NCBI GenBank assembly: GCA_965637545.1
Contig: OZ281494.1
Coordinates: 124,001-188,000, forward strand
Length of the DNA: 64,000 nucleotides
Source of the DNA: Phallusia mammillata
Taxonomy: Eukaryota
Direction of reading: 5' to 3'
Shown here in pieces: positions 1-12,291 of the stretch (within the stretch, counting starts at the first letter, position 1; every line of letters begins with the position of its first letter). Below the pieces are notes generated by a model. It did not search any database. It saw only the letters and a program-made list of their open reading frames with translations, and had not been told where the DNA came from. The translations under genes and the position numbers were made by a program.

Positions 1-1920
1 AAACAAGCAAAACAAGTAATGGAAAAGGCTGTTGGAAGGAAGAAGATGACAACCACTGAATACTACCGGTTTGTTACAACTGCTGTTTTTGTTACATGTG
101 AACTTTATTGGGTTAAATACAAGCATACACTGAGCAAATTGAGAGAATATTTTGTCAAAATACAAACTATTTTGTGAATTGTGAGCAAATATTGGAATTA
201 ACTAAGGTTTGAGTAAATAACAAGCATTAGTACCCAGGAGAAGATTTGAAATGCTTGAAAGTTTGGAGCAAGGGATCGATGACGGTTCAACTCTCACACC
301 AGACTTTGCATTTAAACTGAGCAAACTTTTCAACCAAAATACAAGAAATAATACAAGCATCATTTTGAACTCAACATCTGTACATTATGGTATGTTTCCT
401 TGCGTGGATATATACACATTATATCTCCAATTTGGTTGCTTGCTTCAGGAAGGGGCGCTGGTGATTCGGGGTGGGGCTGTGGATTTCGTAATTTGCAAAT
501 GATGATATCTTCGCTTGCTGCACTTCCAGCATACAGGGATCATTTGCAACAGTTTCAAGGTAATAAACACAGCTTAACTTGTAACAGTTTGTGTACTGTT
601 AACAAAAATCAAGGCAGTTGGGACCCTCGTTATATGTGTGACCAATTTGCCAAGCTTATCTAAGTGACTAACTAGAATAAAAGAAGTGTGCAAGTAAACT
701 GGTTATATATGTCTTCTTCTTCTTCTTCAAAAAAAGACACATGTATTTATCATGTATTAAACATGGCAAAAACAACTCTAACAATTAGTGTGTTCTAGAT
801 GTCTTATGGTTTTATGCTTCACCCAAATGATATATTGAATAAAAAGATAACCCGAGCAGTTGGCGCAACCGCCATGTGTCCACAAGGTTGTCGATGGTGA
901 TTTCCTTGAGCAATGGGATAAATTAAACTAAAGTCGTCAACTACAAAAAATCAAATTTTATAAACGGACTTGAAATAAAACAATAAAGTTTTTCAGACTT
1001 GCAATAAAACAGGCAGCTTGAGATAACACATTCAGGCGTTGCCTGCCATTTTTTGCAGTCATTTTTGTTGTAAATGATTTAATTTGTGTTTTATATCCTC
1101 TAGACAAAATACCCTCTATTCCGAAATTGCAAAGCTTAATAGAAGATGCTTGGGCGATTGGGTTTGATCCACGAGGGAGGGAACAACTGATGGGAAAACT
1201 TGTTGGCACCCGTAAATGGATTGGGGCAACTGAAGCTTTTGTTTTGCTCTCAAGTCTTCACTTGCACTGTAAAATTGTGGACTTTCATTCAAGGTATGAA
1301 ACAAAGACTTTCTATTTCTCAGAGATATTCAACTTTGCCAACCACATATTTATAGTGTGCCTTATTTGTTTTTCATTTCAAGATCGGGATCAAAAGTGAA
1401 CACGGAACTTTTCAAGTGGGTTTTGAAATACTTTCAGAAAGATTTGAATCAAGAATCCTTACTTAAACCTGGTTTGTAACATATTAATGTTATTTTACCA
1501 AGAACTTGTTTGTAATGGTTAATAAACGTATTTTTAGGTTCAGTTGAACTTGCCAACATCCCAATTTTATATTTGCAACACCACGGTCACAGTCGAAGTG
1601 TGTGTGGAGTGCAAGTTAACATGAAAACAAAAGCTGCCTCCCATTTAATTGTTTGTGACCCGGGTATGACCAAGCATCAGCTTTCGGCAGTAAGAACCAC
1701 ATTGTTGTGCACAAATTTGTCTGTTTCTTTAAAGCTGTTGTTGTGTTGGTTTAAGGCTTTAAATGGAAATAAGACATGTTCACTTTCCAAGACGTTGAAC
1801 TCTTTCAAAGAAGAAAAATATCAAGTTGTAGCAGTTGTTGGCATTTCAACAACAGAACAGTTTGAGAGACAGAAAGATGTGGACACACTTGCTGAGAAAA
1901 TATACTCACAAAAAACTTGA
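1..1920 (+). CDS. ZUP1: Zinc finger-containing ubiquitin peptidase 1 (ZUFSP, peptidase C78), 5'-partial, multi-exon
   Basis: GT-AG exons ~1-68, 238-390, 449-560, 1105-1293, 1384-1471, 1538-1920 join in frame. They give GDSGWGCGFRNLQM (catalytic Cys), LIEDAWAIGFDP, KWIGATE and LYLQHHGHSRSV (catalytic His). AATAAA follows near 1995. Confidence 0.92.
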
Positions 1921-2067
1921 AGCAGTTGCCCAACTGCCGTTTCTATTTTGTTTGTGAAAACACTGTGCGTTTATTATTGCTTATTTGGCACGTTAATAAA
2001 AAAGTTTTTGAATATACCTTGTAGGAAGATTTTTGTAAGAAAGTCTCCAAATTAAATTCACTGATCT

Positions 2068-2077
2068 GTCACGTGAC
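2068..2077. promoter_or_regulatory. Palindromic E-box/CLEAR-type motif GTCACGTGAC upstream of the fringe 5' region
   Basis: Exact 10-bp palindrome at the start of a CpG-richer stretch between the ZUP1 polyA signal and fringe. Function is inferred only. Confidence 0.35.
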
Positions 2078-2728
2078 CTGGTTGTTTATAACGTTCCGCA
2101 TGGATGCGTTATAGAGGTTACGTGTCTGTAAGAATAAGAACTAAGAAGATTTTTCCCGTGTTTGAAAAGTAGAGTAATATAACAAACAACCAAAACTTGC
2201 CATCTTAATTAAACAGCGCGATTACAATATGGTAACATGGGTATCGTAGCAATATTACAAACGCGTCTGTTGAACCGTAAGGTTGGTAATTTTTAATCAG
2301 TTGATTATCCCAAGATCCGGATTAAGTTAGAATGCAGACAGCTGTTAATTGTGTTCAATCAGGTCAAGCTGTGCAGCACCGGCGTTCGTAAATATTATGA
2401 TCGACTGGATAATGCACTTGCTTTAATAGCGACTAGTTTAGATTTAGACAAACTGTATGGATTAAGACATGTTCACTTGTTCATTCATTTTGCACTCGCC
2501 GTGCGGCGAGATAAACGATGCAATATTAGTGACTCGGGTCAGCTATCGTACCAATCGATAGATAGTGCTAGATATGCTACACTGGTACTAGAGTAAAGTC
2601 ATACAGTTAAAACAAGCATGAAAAATTCAGAACAACTGTCTTACCCAAAATTGGATTCAAATATGTTTTGTTTGGCTAGTTTTGTTACTTCTGTATGTAT
2701 CAGAGTGAATTATTTTGTAGTTCTAGTT

Positions 2729-3180
2729 CAGAGGTGGCCAAACTGCGGCTCCCGAGCCGCATGCGGCTCTTTGAGCCTTTGATTGCGGCTCTTTAATGTT
2801 GCACATGCAATAATTGAAAAGTTTAGCCAAAAACGTTGTTGAGAAATAACTGCAAAAAAGAAAGTGTGGAGGTAAACCAGATAATGGAGGTAAACCTGTG
2901 TGTCTGATTTGTCCAGCTTCGCTCAATCATTACAAAACTAGTAACTTGAAACGTCGTTATGAAGCTTAACACAAAAAACTTTCCCATCATCTCAGCCTAA
3001 TTTCAAACACCTTGCAGCCCAGGTGAAGACACGCAGTATCACACAACAATAATCATTATTTGATAGCATACACTTCGTTGTGAGTGAATAAATTCGTTTT
3101 TGATTTTTTGCATTGCGGCTCTTTTAAAACTAAGTTTTGTGATATGCGGCTCGAGCATGAAGCAGGTCTGGCCACCCCTG
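2729..3180. mobile_element. Non-autonomous hAT (Charlie-like) DNA transposon, 452 bp
   Basis: TIRs CAGAGGTGGCCAAAC / rc CAGGGGTGGCCAGAC; perfect 8-bp TSD TTCTAGTT (2721-2728, 3181-3188). An internal remnant translates as GKPVCLICPASLNHYKTSNLKRRYEA, resembling the N-terminus of Charlie/SPIN transposases. Confidence 0.9.
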
Positions 3181-3258
3181 TTCTAGTTGTTATAGTGTGG
3201 TATGCAAAAATAACATTTTTTGTTATTTATTTGTTTTCCAGATGGTGGCCCAAATAGA

Positions 3259-4287
3259 ATGGCTAACTCTAGGCACCCACCCTACTGTACAAAACGTTTA
3301 TGTAGAGGGGTGTGGTTGGCTGCTGTTACCACTTTAACATTGTTTTACCTCGTCATCATAAATTGCACAAACTTTGCACCAAGTTACAGGCATCTCACAA
3401 AAATTAGTCTTTCTTCTACGCCAGCAATCCCTAAATACAGAAGAGTCAATGAAACCAAGAGTTTATCTGCAGCAGCTAAGCATGGAGTTGAAGATGCACT
3501 ACTGCAAGACATATTTATTAGTGTAAAAACATCAGAAAAGTTTCATGGCAGTCGACTAAAGATCATCATAGACACTTGGTTTGACTTGGTGCCGGAACAA
3601 ACATACTTTTTTTCGGATGCAACAGACGAAAAACTACAAGAGAGAACAAAAGGCCATGTTATCAATACAGGCTGTGGCAAAGAACATACCAGGACTGATC
3701 TTACATGTAAAATGGCTGCAGAGTATGACATGTTTGTGAGCTCATCAGAAAAATGGTGGTGTCATTTCGATGATGACAATTACGTGAATGTTAAGCAACT
3801 TAATGTTTTATTGAAAGAGTTTAACCCTGAAGAAAATGTTTATATTGGCAAGCCAAGCATGTCAAGACAAATCTCAACCCTGTACAGTGATGAAAACGTC
3901 AAGTTTTCATTTGCCACTGGTGGAGCAGGGATGTGTATATCGAGAAGCCTTGCTATGAAAATGTCCCCGTGGTGCAGGAGAGGGAGCTTACTGGAAACAT
4001 CTGATAAACTGCGTTTTCCTGATGACTGCACAATAGGTTTCGTAATTACCAACAGACTTGGAGTAAACTTAACCCACAGTCCGTTATTTCATTCACACCT
4101 TGAGCCTTTATCAAGAATCCCCTCTGATGATTTGAAAAAACAAGTTACCCTCAGTTATCAAACTTCATCATCAGGTTCGAACATTATTAATTTCAAACAT
4201 TGGAAGCTGTTTAATAGTTCTTTTGACCCCACAAGGTTATATTCATTCCACTGTTCTCGTTATCCCACCACTCACTTTTGTACGTAA
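3259..4287 (+). CDS. fng: Fringe beta-1,3-N-acetylglucosaminyltransferase (Notch modifier), single coding exon
   Basis: Acceptor ttttccag at 3241, ATG at 3259. N-terminal type II TM anchor, DIFISVKTSEKFH, WWCHFDDDNYVN (DxD motif), FATGGAGMCISR, PDDCTIG, FHSHLE. Confidence 0.93.
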   Translation: MANSRHPPYCTKRLCRGVWLAAVTTLTLFYLVIINCTNFAPSYRHLTKISLSSTPAIPKYRRVNETKSLSAAAKHGVEDALLQDIFISVKTSEKFHGSRLKIIIDTWFDLVPEQTYFFSDATDEKLQERTKGHVINTGCGKEHTRTDLTCKMAAEYDMFVSSSEKWWCHFDDDNYVNVKQLNVLLKEFNPEENVYIGKPSMSRQISTLYSDENVKFSFATGGAGMCISRSLAMKMSPWCRRGSLLETSDKLRFPDDCTIGFVITNRLGVNLTHSPLFHSHLEPLSRIPSDDLKKQVTLSYQTSSSGSNIINFKHWKLFNSSFDPTRLYSFHCSRYPTTHFCT

Positions 4288-5177
4288 GTTTTTATGACTG
4301 TGTTATCACCATTGATCCCAAGATTGTGAACAATTTACCAGAAACATCACTGTAACTATTTATGAGTTGTAATGTACTAGTTAGATTTGAAACTATGTAG
4401 TTCAAATTAATTTGTCACTGTGATTAGATCAAGCCATGACAGATGTGTACAAACTTTTCTATCATTTTGATTCTTCTTACAGTTGAACACATATGTCAAT
4501 ACCCGAGCAAACGCTGTTTCTTGCCCTGTGTTATTAACCCATTGAATCTATGGAAAATAATTTTGTTTTGTATGCAACTGTTTTATTTTTTTACTGACAC
4601 AGCTTGTGATATTACCTCGTGCCTTGTCTTGCCCCCAACTCTCAATGTTCCATTTAGTTGTTACGTTACCACTGTATCCTATATACACATTTAGTAAGAT
4701 GTTGTTTTCATTGTGGCCTTAATTTATGATTTCATTGTCGATCCATGCATGTTTTTCCTGCAAATGCTCACTTTGTAATGTGCTTTATTATGCAAATTTG
4801 AAGTTCAGTTTTGAGCAGATCATTAAAAATGCCATTTAATAGTTGTTATGCAGATAAATTTTTATCAGTCTGCTCGGTAATTGTGACCTGTTATAAACTG
4901 GGTTGTTATTATGTAATTACTGGTTTATTAGGTCAATATTTAGCACAAATGGAGTTGTATCTAATAAATCTGTTTGTTGTGTTGTATTTTCGAATGATTG
5001 TTTGTGACATGTGCTCAGTAGATTTTGCCTGAAGTTAATATTCCAAAAAAATGTGTTTTGAAGTTTTATGTGTTACATTTTATCTTCAAACAGAATGACC
5101 TCCACTACGCTACTTAGTGTTTAGTTGTATATTTTTTCTGTTAACTGACACCTGACTGTCACGTTGTAATGATCAAA

Positions 5178-8100
5178 ATGAGGGGCCTCGTTCTCACAGG
5201 TGCAAGTTTTGCCCTCACGATGTCGGTGGTCGTCAACGCATGGATGCAAAAGAAACAGTTTTACCCCACTGTCGTATATTTGACCAAATCAAGCCCATGT
5301 ATGGCTGTAAGTAACAATCAAGATGTTTAGAATATTTAAGTATAAATTGATTGCATAACTGACAGGTCAACATAATATTATTGCAGTTTGAAAATTGACT
5401 GTGGTTTAAAAATTTATTGTTGTATGTTCAACTATCAGCAAGTTCCATCATTAGGTCTTGTTCATAATTTGTACAAGACTAAAATAGAAAAAAATATCCC
5501 AACTAAGTCTTCTTATCTAGGTGCTCTATCTTCAAGCATTTGTTTTTGTTTTATTGTTGGGAAAACTGATGCGAAAGATTTTTTTTGGACAATTACGACC
5601 TGCTGAGACAGAGGTGAGTTTGAAGGCTTTTTTTATGAGATGAGTTACTCTCATTTTCTGGGTTTCTTATTTTGTACAATTTCATTCTTTTGCAGCATCT
5701 TATTGAGAAGTCTTGGTATGCGGTCACCGATACTTGTCTTGCCTTCACAATGTTCAGGGACGACTTCAGTCCTGTATTTGTTGCTGCATTTACAATTTTA
5801 CTTTTCCTCAAAGCCTTTCATTGGCTGCTCGAGGACAGAGTTGACTTTGTAAGATTATTTTAGTTTAATAGAAAAATATTCAATTACGTGGAAAATGAAC
5901 TCTTAATATGATTTAACCGTTTTCTAATTTTGTTACAGATGGAGCGAAGTCCCGTTATTACATTTGTTTTCAAATTAAGAGTTTTGTGTAAGTACAATAT
6001 AATTATAGGTCCCCTTCCCTGAAGGGGACACATATTGATTTTACTCGAATTGTTTGTTTGTTTTTTCTTTTTTTTCTTCTTTTTTTTTTCTTCTCAAAGT
6101 TTCTCGTTTTTCCATCAAACGACTCGTTTTTCCATCAAATGTTTGATGGATTTGGATGAAATTTACACAGATGGTAGATGTAGTTATGTAGATGTGCATC
6201 CCACTTTGTTTTTGTTGATAACCCCAGTATTTACCCCGCTAGCCCCCTAAAATGGGTATTTTTTCCCCGAAGTTTGTCCGACTCGTTTTTCCATCAAATG
6301 TTTGATGGATTTGGCTGAAATTTACACAGATGGTAGATATAGTTATATAGATGTGCATCCCACTTTGTTTTTGTTGATAGCCCCAGTATTTACCCTGCTA
6401 GCCCCCTAAAATGGGTGAGTTTTCAAACAGTGTCAGAATTGGCTGAAATTTGGATTTCTTGTATAGTATACCATTTATAGGTGTCGATTGTTGTGTTCAA
6501 CCCTGTAGTCCTAACATTTACCCCACAAGCCCCTAAAGTGTAAAACGTATTTGTATGTTACTGGGCACCACAAACGAAAGATTTCTTTGGCGCAATAGTG
6601 TTACAAGGGAAACCAGTTGTATGTTGCTCGTTGGTGGGTTGCTTGGTGGTCGTTTTTGCGCCATGGCAGTTTGGGGCTTGTCAACAGCCCTATGACGTCA
6701 GAAACATTACCGGTTGTTGCTTAAAACTCCTCTAGTGGTCGAAATTTTAAACATTGGCCGATTGGGCTGAAATTTTGCAGTACTATTGATTGAATCATTG
6801 TGGTTTTTATATATTTTTTAGTTTGTGTGTCGAACCCAATTAGTTACCCTACTAGCCCCCTAAAATGTGTCAGTTTTTTAAAACGTTAAATAGGACATAC
6901 TTCAAACAATATCTGGGGTGAATCTAATTTTATAGCTTGTATTCTACATAGCATTATTATTTAAGCCCAGTGCCGATCACTGTGTTTTACTTTACAACAC
7001 CCGACTTTCTCATGGTTATCTCTTGAATTGCATTATTTTCAACTTTGCATGTGTGGGGACCCATGAGTTTTTGCCTGCAGAAACGACTAAAGTTATAAAA
7101 GACAATGGCTAATATGGGACCCAATACAAAATAAGCATAGGAAATATATTTATGTTTTAAAATAGGTTATAGTGTATATGCAAGGGCAATATGTGCTAAG
7201 CCACCCTTCTAGTTTTGTTGTTGTTTTTGTAATGATAAAATTTTGAGATTTTCTGCCCCATTAATACCCAATTTGATAACTTGTTCAAGTGAAAAGTTTC
7301 AGTGTTGGGATTCAGCTGGTTCTCACCGGTCCTATAGAACCGTCTTACGAAATTTTATGAGATCAGCGAACCGGTTAACATTACTGGTTACTGTCAATGG
7401 ACTTTTCGTAACAGAACTGACTGAAAAATATGACTTTTGTGATAAAACTGGCTGACAAAAAATTTGAATCCCACCACTGAAAAGTTTGTAGCATTTGTTG
7501 TAGCAGAACAGCAAATATGTGTACACTTGACACTCTTTTACATGTACCTAGCACTGTTGGCCATTCTTTTGTTCTGTGATGTTTTCTTTGTGAAAACTTC
7601 CTACCAGACAACACTTACTAAAGGAGCTTCCGTGCAATTGGTGTTTGGTTTCGAAGTAAGTTTCAGATTAAATTTCCCATCCTGGGCTTATGATACCTCT
7701 GTAACTTTTCTATTAAACCTGCATTGTCATTGTCTGCAATAAATTTATCAGTCAATAAAGTTTTAAATTTCAAAAAGGCTTTAAAGGCCTACTTAACTTT
7801 TGTACATGTATAAAGACAAAGTTACCCCTGAAGTACCGAAACTTCTTTTTCACTTCAAAACTTTTGAACATAAAGTTCTTGGTATGACATAAACATAAAG
7901 TTCTTGGTATGACTGATAGTAGTAAACCCAGCTGTATAATGACAAGATTAACTTTGTGCCACATTTTATAGGAGTCGTAATGTTATGAAATTTACAGACA
8001 TTCATAATTGGCTCTTGTTATTAATCAGGTTTGGGAAGTGTGGAGTGTTTTTGTGCTAAACTATTTATTTTGTAGTATGCAATATTGGCCACGATTGTGC

Positions 8101-11100
8101 TGACAGTTTTCCTCAAATACGTTCTTCACTTAATTGACTTACAAAGTGAAAATCCATGGGAAAACAAAGCTGTATATATGCTGTATGTTGAACTAGTGAC
8201 AGGTGAGGGCATTTGACACAGAAGATTTTTTCATTCAAAATATTGTTCTAATGTTTAATTGGTGTATGTGTGTTTCATACCTTAATGGTTTTCAATATTA
8301 AGCTCTATCTATTGTCTGTCGACAGCAAATTATTAGGTATTGACTCCTTTGCAATACACAAGCAGATGTTCACTCAAATAATCTAATTCTTTTCAGCTGC
8401 ACAAGTCAAAATACATGATATACATGTGATGCTGGTTTTGTAAAACCTAATATTTGTTGTTGTCCAGGTTTTTGCCGAGTGCTCTTATACATCTGTTTCA
8501 CTGCTATAATGGTGAAAATCCACACCTTCCCATTATTCTCCATTCGACCAATGTATTTAACGATGAGACAATTCAAAAAAGCTGTTTCAGACATAATTCT
8601 GTCAAGAAGAGCGATAAGAAATATGAACACTTTGTAAGTTAACCTAATGTTTGTGGCTAGCTAAAATTTATTTAAGAGCAAAGAAGACAAAAAGGCCTGC
8701 TTAGCTTTTGTGCATCCAACAACACACTGCATACTGACAATATTTTGTGAAACTTTTTCCCCTACATTTATGACAAATGAACTTTAGATACCCTGATGCC
8801 ACTGCTGAGGAGCTTGCTAGCACAGACAGCACTTGCATTATTTGTCGTGAAGAAATGAATGCACCAGCAGCCGATGCCCAACCAATGCAAAATGCCACAG
8901 GTATGTTCAACTTGAGTGTTTGTTCGAAATAGGCGAAAGTCCAGATTAACCAATGTTGATTAGCTAAAGCCTTTACAAACCATTTGTAACCCGGGTTTTG
9001 TCCGAATTAAGTAAAGTTCCGGATTATTTGTATGCAGGTGTGAACAAGAAACTGCCGTGCGGTCACATCTTTCATGCATCTTGTCTGCGTTCCTGGTTTC
9101 AGAGACAACAAACTTGTCCAACATGTCGCCTGGATATTTTGCAAAATCAAACAAGACCACAGGTAACATTATATCACACTCCAAAAACATGGGGGATCGA
9201 AACACGAAAAAGAAAATCGTTTGAAAATGATGATGGACATTGTTCATGAACATGACACGAACTGTGTTGTACACATTTTCTTTTATGTGGACATGTTTAT
9301 TTTGGCCGTGGCTTTTCTTGCTAAACCCATTGGTTTCAGGGGGTTAAACTACTATGAATAATTACAACTAGCTGAATTATGATTTTTTACTTGTCAGACT
9401 CCGCCCCAAAGACCAGCACCGCCACCCGCTCAACCTGGTCAAGGCCCATGTAAGTTGCTTGTTTGTTTAAAAAGAATTTTTCTGTCGATGTCTAACTCAG
9501 TGAAAGTTGCTCTTAGCACTGAATATTGCATGGATCTGTTGTTGCAATACTCTCTTCCTATTATTTTTAACTAAATTTTTGAATGAAATAATTTTCTTAA
9601 CTCAGCAGCCACTTATTAATTTTGCAAGAATTATGAATATTTTTTACCTGTGACAAAAAATTTTGAGTTGGGCATATTGTTTGTGTGCAGACCCGCCCAT
9701 GTACCCTCCAATGTACATGCCGCCTCCCAACATGCAACACCCTATGTTTCAACCCCCACAAAATGGACAAGCACCCAATCCAAGCACATCTGAATCGGGT
9801 AACTCAGCCCCATCAACGAGTACAGCCCCACCAGTCTTCTCACCACCACCCATGCCCCCAATACCAGGGACTGGACCAATGTTCATGCCTCCGATGCCGT
9901 TCATGCCACCGCCCCCTCCAATTCCTCCTAATTTTGAGTAAGTTTGGAAACACTATGTATGGATCTGTTCACAAGGTGAATGGTGAAAATAACGGCCCAA
10001 ATAGACATAGAATCATTGTTTTACGAGACTAATGTGTATAAAAACGGGTGTAACTGATGTGGCCCAACGTATCACTGATGAGTGCATGAGCATTTGCCGA
10101 AACATTTCAAAAATAAAGCATTTCGCTTTACGTCTATTTGGGCCGTTATTTTCATCATTAAACTTTAAGTAAGTTGTTGTTGTTTAACAATTTAAAGCTA
10201 TTACTCAAGTTTTGAAGATTTTTTTTGTACAACTCGCGTTTGCTTTGGAACAGAGGTTTAAGTGAAGATCAGGTTCGGAGTATGGAGGGTCACGAGAGGA
10301 GAGCTGTTGAAATGAGGATTGAATGTCTTCGCAACATCAGTCTTCTCATGGATGCAGCTTTCCATCAAGTCCAGCAATATATTACTGTTGTGCAAGCACA
10401 AGGAGATGCTGGGTGGGTTTCTTATCAAGAACACTTAGGATACCTGGCTTAAATCTTTGCAAATGTATTTTTAAAACTCACAACACGATTCAAAACTTTT
10501 AATAAGGCACACCAAAAAAACAGGTTCATGCAAAAATGTTTGTGTGATATATCCAGATAGCTTGCATTTATTTGACACCAGTGGTGGGATTCACATTTTT
10601 TGTCAGTCAGTTCTATCACAAAAGTTATATTTTTCAGCCGGTTCTGTTACAAAAAGTCCATTGACAGTAACCAGAAATGTAACTGGTTCGCTGATCTCAT
10701 AAAATTTTGTGAGATGGTTCTATAGAACTGGTGCGAACCGACTGAATCCCACCACAAGTAATTGCTAACATGTAAACAATTCCCACATATGCAGATTACG
10801 TATCAACGCAATGCCTTCATTCGCCACCCAGCAACAGCAGCAGGGGTCAAGTTCGCAGGCAGATGTGACATCAGGTTCGCATACAAATGAGAAACAGGAC
10901 ACGAGCAGTGGACCAACTTCCACTGAGGATGTGCCTGGACCGAGTGGCCTTCCTCAAACATCGGCTGAAACGAATGGTGAGATGACCTCTGATTGACCCA
11001 CCTTCAATGCGCGATCTTTTCATCTTCAGCTGTTTGTAAAAAATATGGTTCAGTGACTCCTACTTGTGTTAACTGGTTGGAGCTGGAAACCTTACTAGGA

Positions 11101-11449
11101 AGATTAGGTTTTTTTAGAAAAAGCATGTTGCAAATATTAGGAAAAAATAAGGCTACATAGAAAATATTTTTACTGAATTGATTATTGTGAAGCACTGACA
11201 AGCAAAATACTCTTTCCCATGCTTAATTTAACCAGCTTAAAGTTTTATAAAGAACACTTTTATTTCGCAGTTTATAACATTTTAAGCCTTGTATATCCAG
11301 ACACAGCAGATGCCCCAAGCAGCAGTTCGACCAGCAACAATGGCTGTGAAACTGATGATATTCCTGCCGATGCCAATGAGCTGCGTCGACGCCGACTTGC
11401 AAAACTACTCAGTGACAAATCATCGCCCGATCATGGAAAGGACGACTGA
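5178..11449 (+). CDS. SYVN1: E3 ubiquitin ligase synoviolin/HRD1 (ERAD), ~14 coding exons
   Basis: Exons 5178-5306, 5521-5613, 5696-5848, 5939-5987, 7552-7655, 8077-8203, 8468-8634, 8789-8900, 9038-9161, ~9398-9450, ~9690-9937, ~10254-10412, 10795-10976, ~11301-11449. Motifs [43 protein letters not shown]2 CIICREEM...[23 protein letters not shown], Pro-rich region, ELRRRRL tail. Confidence 0.96.
5999..7213 (+). mobile_element. Non-autonomous Helitron/Helentron-like (HINE-type) element, subfamily 1, in SYVN1 intron 4
   Basis: 5' end ATAATTATAGGTCCCCTTCCCTGAAGGGGAC (hairpin), T-rich tract, two ~159-bp tandem core repeats (6121, 6280), 3' subterminal inverted repeat GGGGACCCAT (7055-7064), terminus AGCCACCCTTCTAGT. 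Ends are shared with the copies at 33117 and 42834. Confidence 0.75.
7300..7479. mobile_element. 180-bp hAT MITE (CAGTGGTGGGATTC family), copy 1
   Basis: TIRs CAGTGTTGGGATTC / GAATCCCACCACTG; perfect 8-bp TSD AAAAGTTT (7292-7299, 7480-7487). Confidence 0.92.
9961..10163 (+). ncRNA. Minimal hammerhead ribozyme motif, family B copy 1, with tail and upstream inverted tail copy (Penelope-like/retrozyme remnant)
   Basis: atca-CTGATGA(10075-81)-gtgcatgagcatttgcc-GAAAC(10099-103)-att. The tail (10132-10163) is mirrored by an inverted copy at 9961-10006. Stem II and the cleavage triplet are partly decayed. Lies in a SYVN1 intron. Confidence 0.6.
10579..10757. mobile_element. 180-bp hAT MITE family, copy 2
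   Basis: CAGTGGTGGGATTC ... GAATCCCACCAC with a body matching 7300-7479; no clear TSD. Confidence 0.85.
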
Positions 11450-12291
11450 ACACTTTTAGCCATAAAGATGTTACCTTGCATAATAAAGGGAGTTAGGACC
11501 ATGTATTGCCAACCGTTGTCATATTTAATAAATTCGCTCGGAGGTATTCACATTTTAATGCTTCAAACGTAACCCACTAATAGTTGGGTTGGACATACAG
11601 GAATCTCACTTGACAAGTTGTGTATGCTCACAGTAGTTTGTGCGTTCTATTTTATTGGTTAGTTTTCTATTACAGGTTGTAAGCTAGCTGTATCTGTTGT
11701 TGTTGTTTGACTTCGCATGGTGGAGGGGAACTTGTTACAATTTTTCTGCTTCAAATATTGTGAGATAAACGGAATTTATCGCTGTTTGTTTTGGTCATGC
11801 CTGGTGAAGAATATATAAAGCAACAAGCTACAGAAAAACTTGTTACAAAGTTGGTTTTGTAACAGATCATTTATTTTGGAGGATTGAATTTAGGGTTTGT
11901 TGTTATGCTGGTCAAGACAACCAAAAGAGTTAAATTAAAACTGTTGTAGATTGTATTGGTTAGTTGAATCAAGGCAAAACAAAATCAATTCCTACCAAAC
12001 TAATCACAAACAAGGTTATTTTATTGCACAAGAAAACAAACATGAAGAAATGAAACACAATGTTGTTTATCTCAGTAACACTTTACAATCATGAAATATA
12101 AGGTTTGTTTGGAGAAACATGCACAATTTTGATTGGTAAAATGAACAGGATGGTTTTGTGTCAATACAATTCAAAAATGAACAATAAAATAAAATAACAG
12201 CAATACAAGAAATACAGATGAATGAATCATTTTCATTTAGATCGGCAAACAGACAACACAATATTTGCTTCAGACACAAAAAACACTTTTC

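Noticed and set aside
2351-2596. 81-aa ORF upstream of fringe
   Set aside because: Non-ATG start and no homology recognised; probably 5'UTR.
8789-9161. Insertion in the SYVN1 RING loop as a novel feature
   Set aside because: The loop between the second and third ligands is length-variable in HRD1 orthologues, and all Zn ligands are intact.
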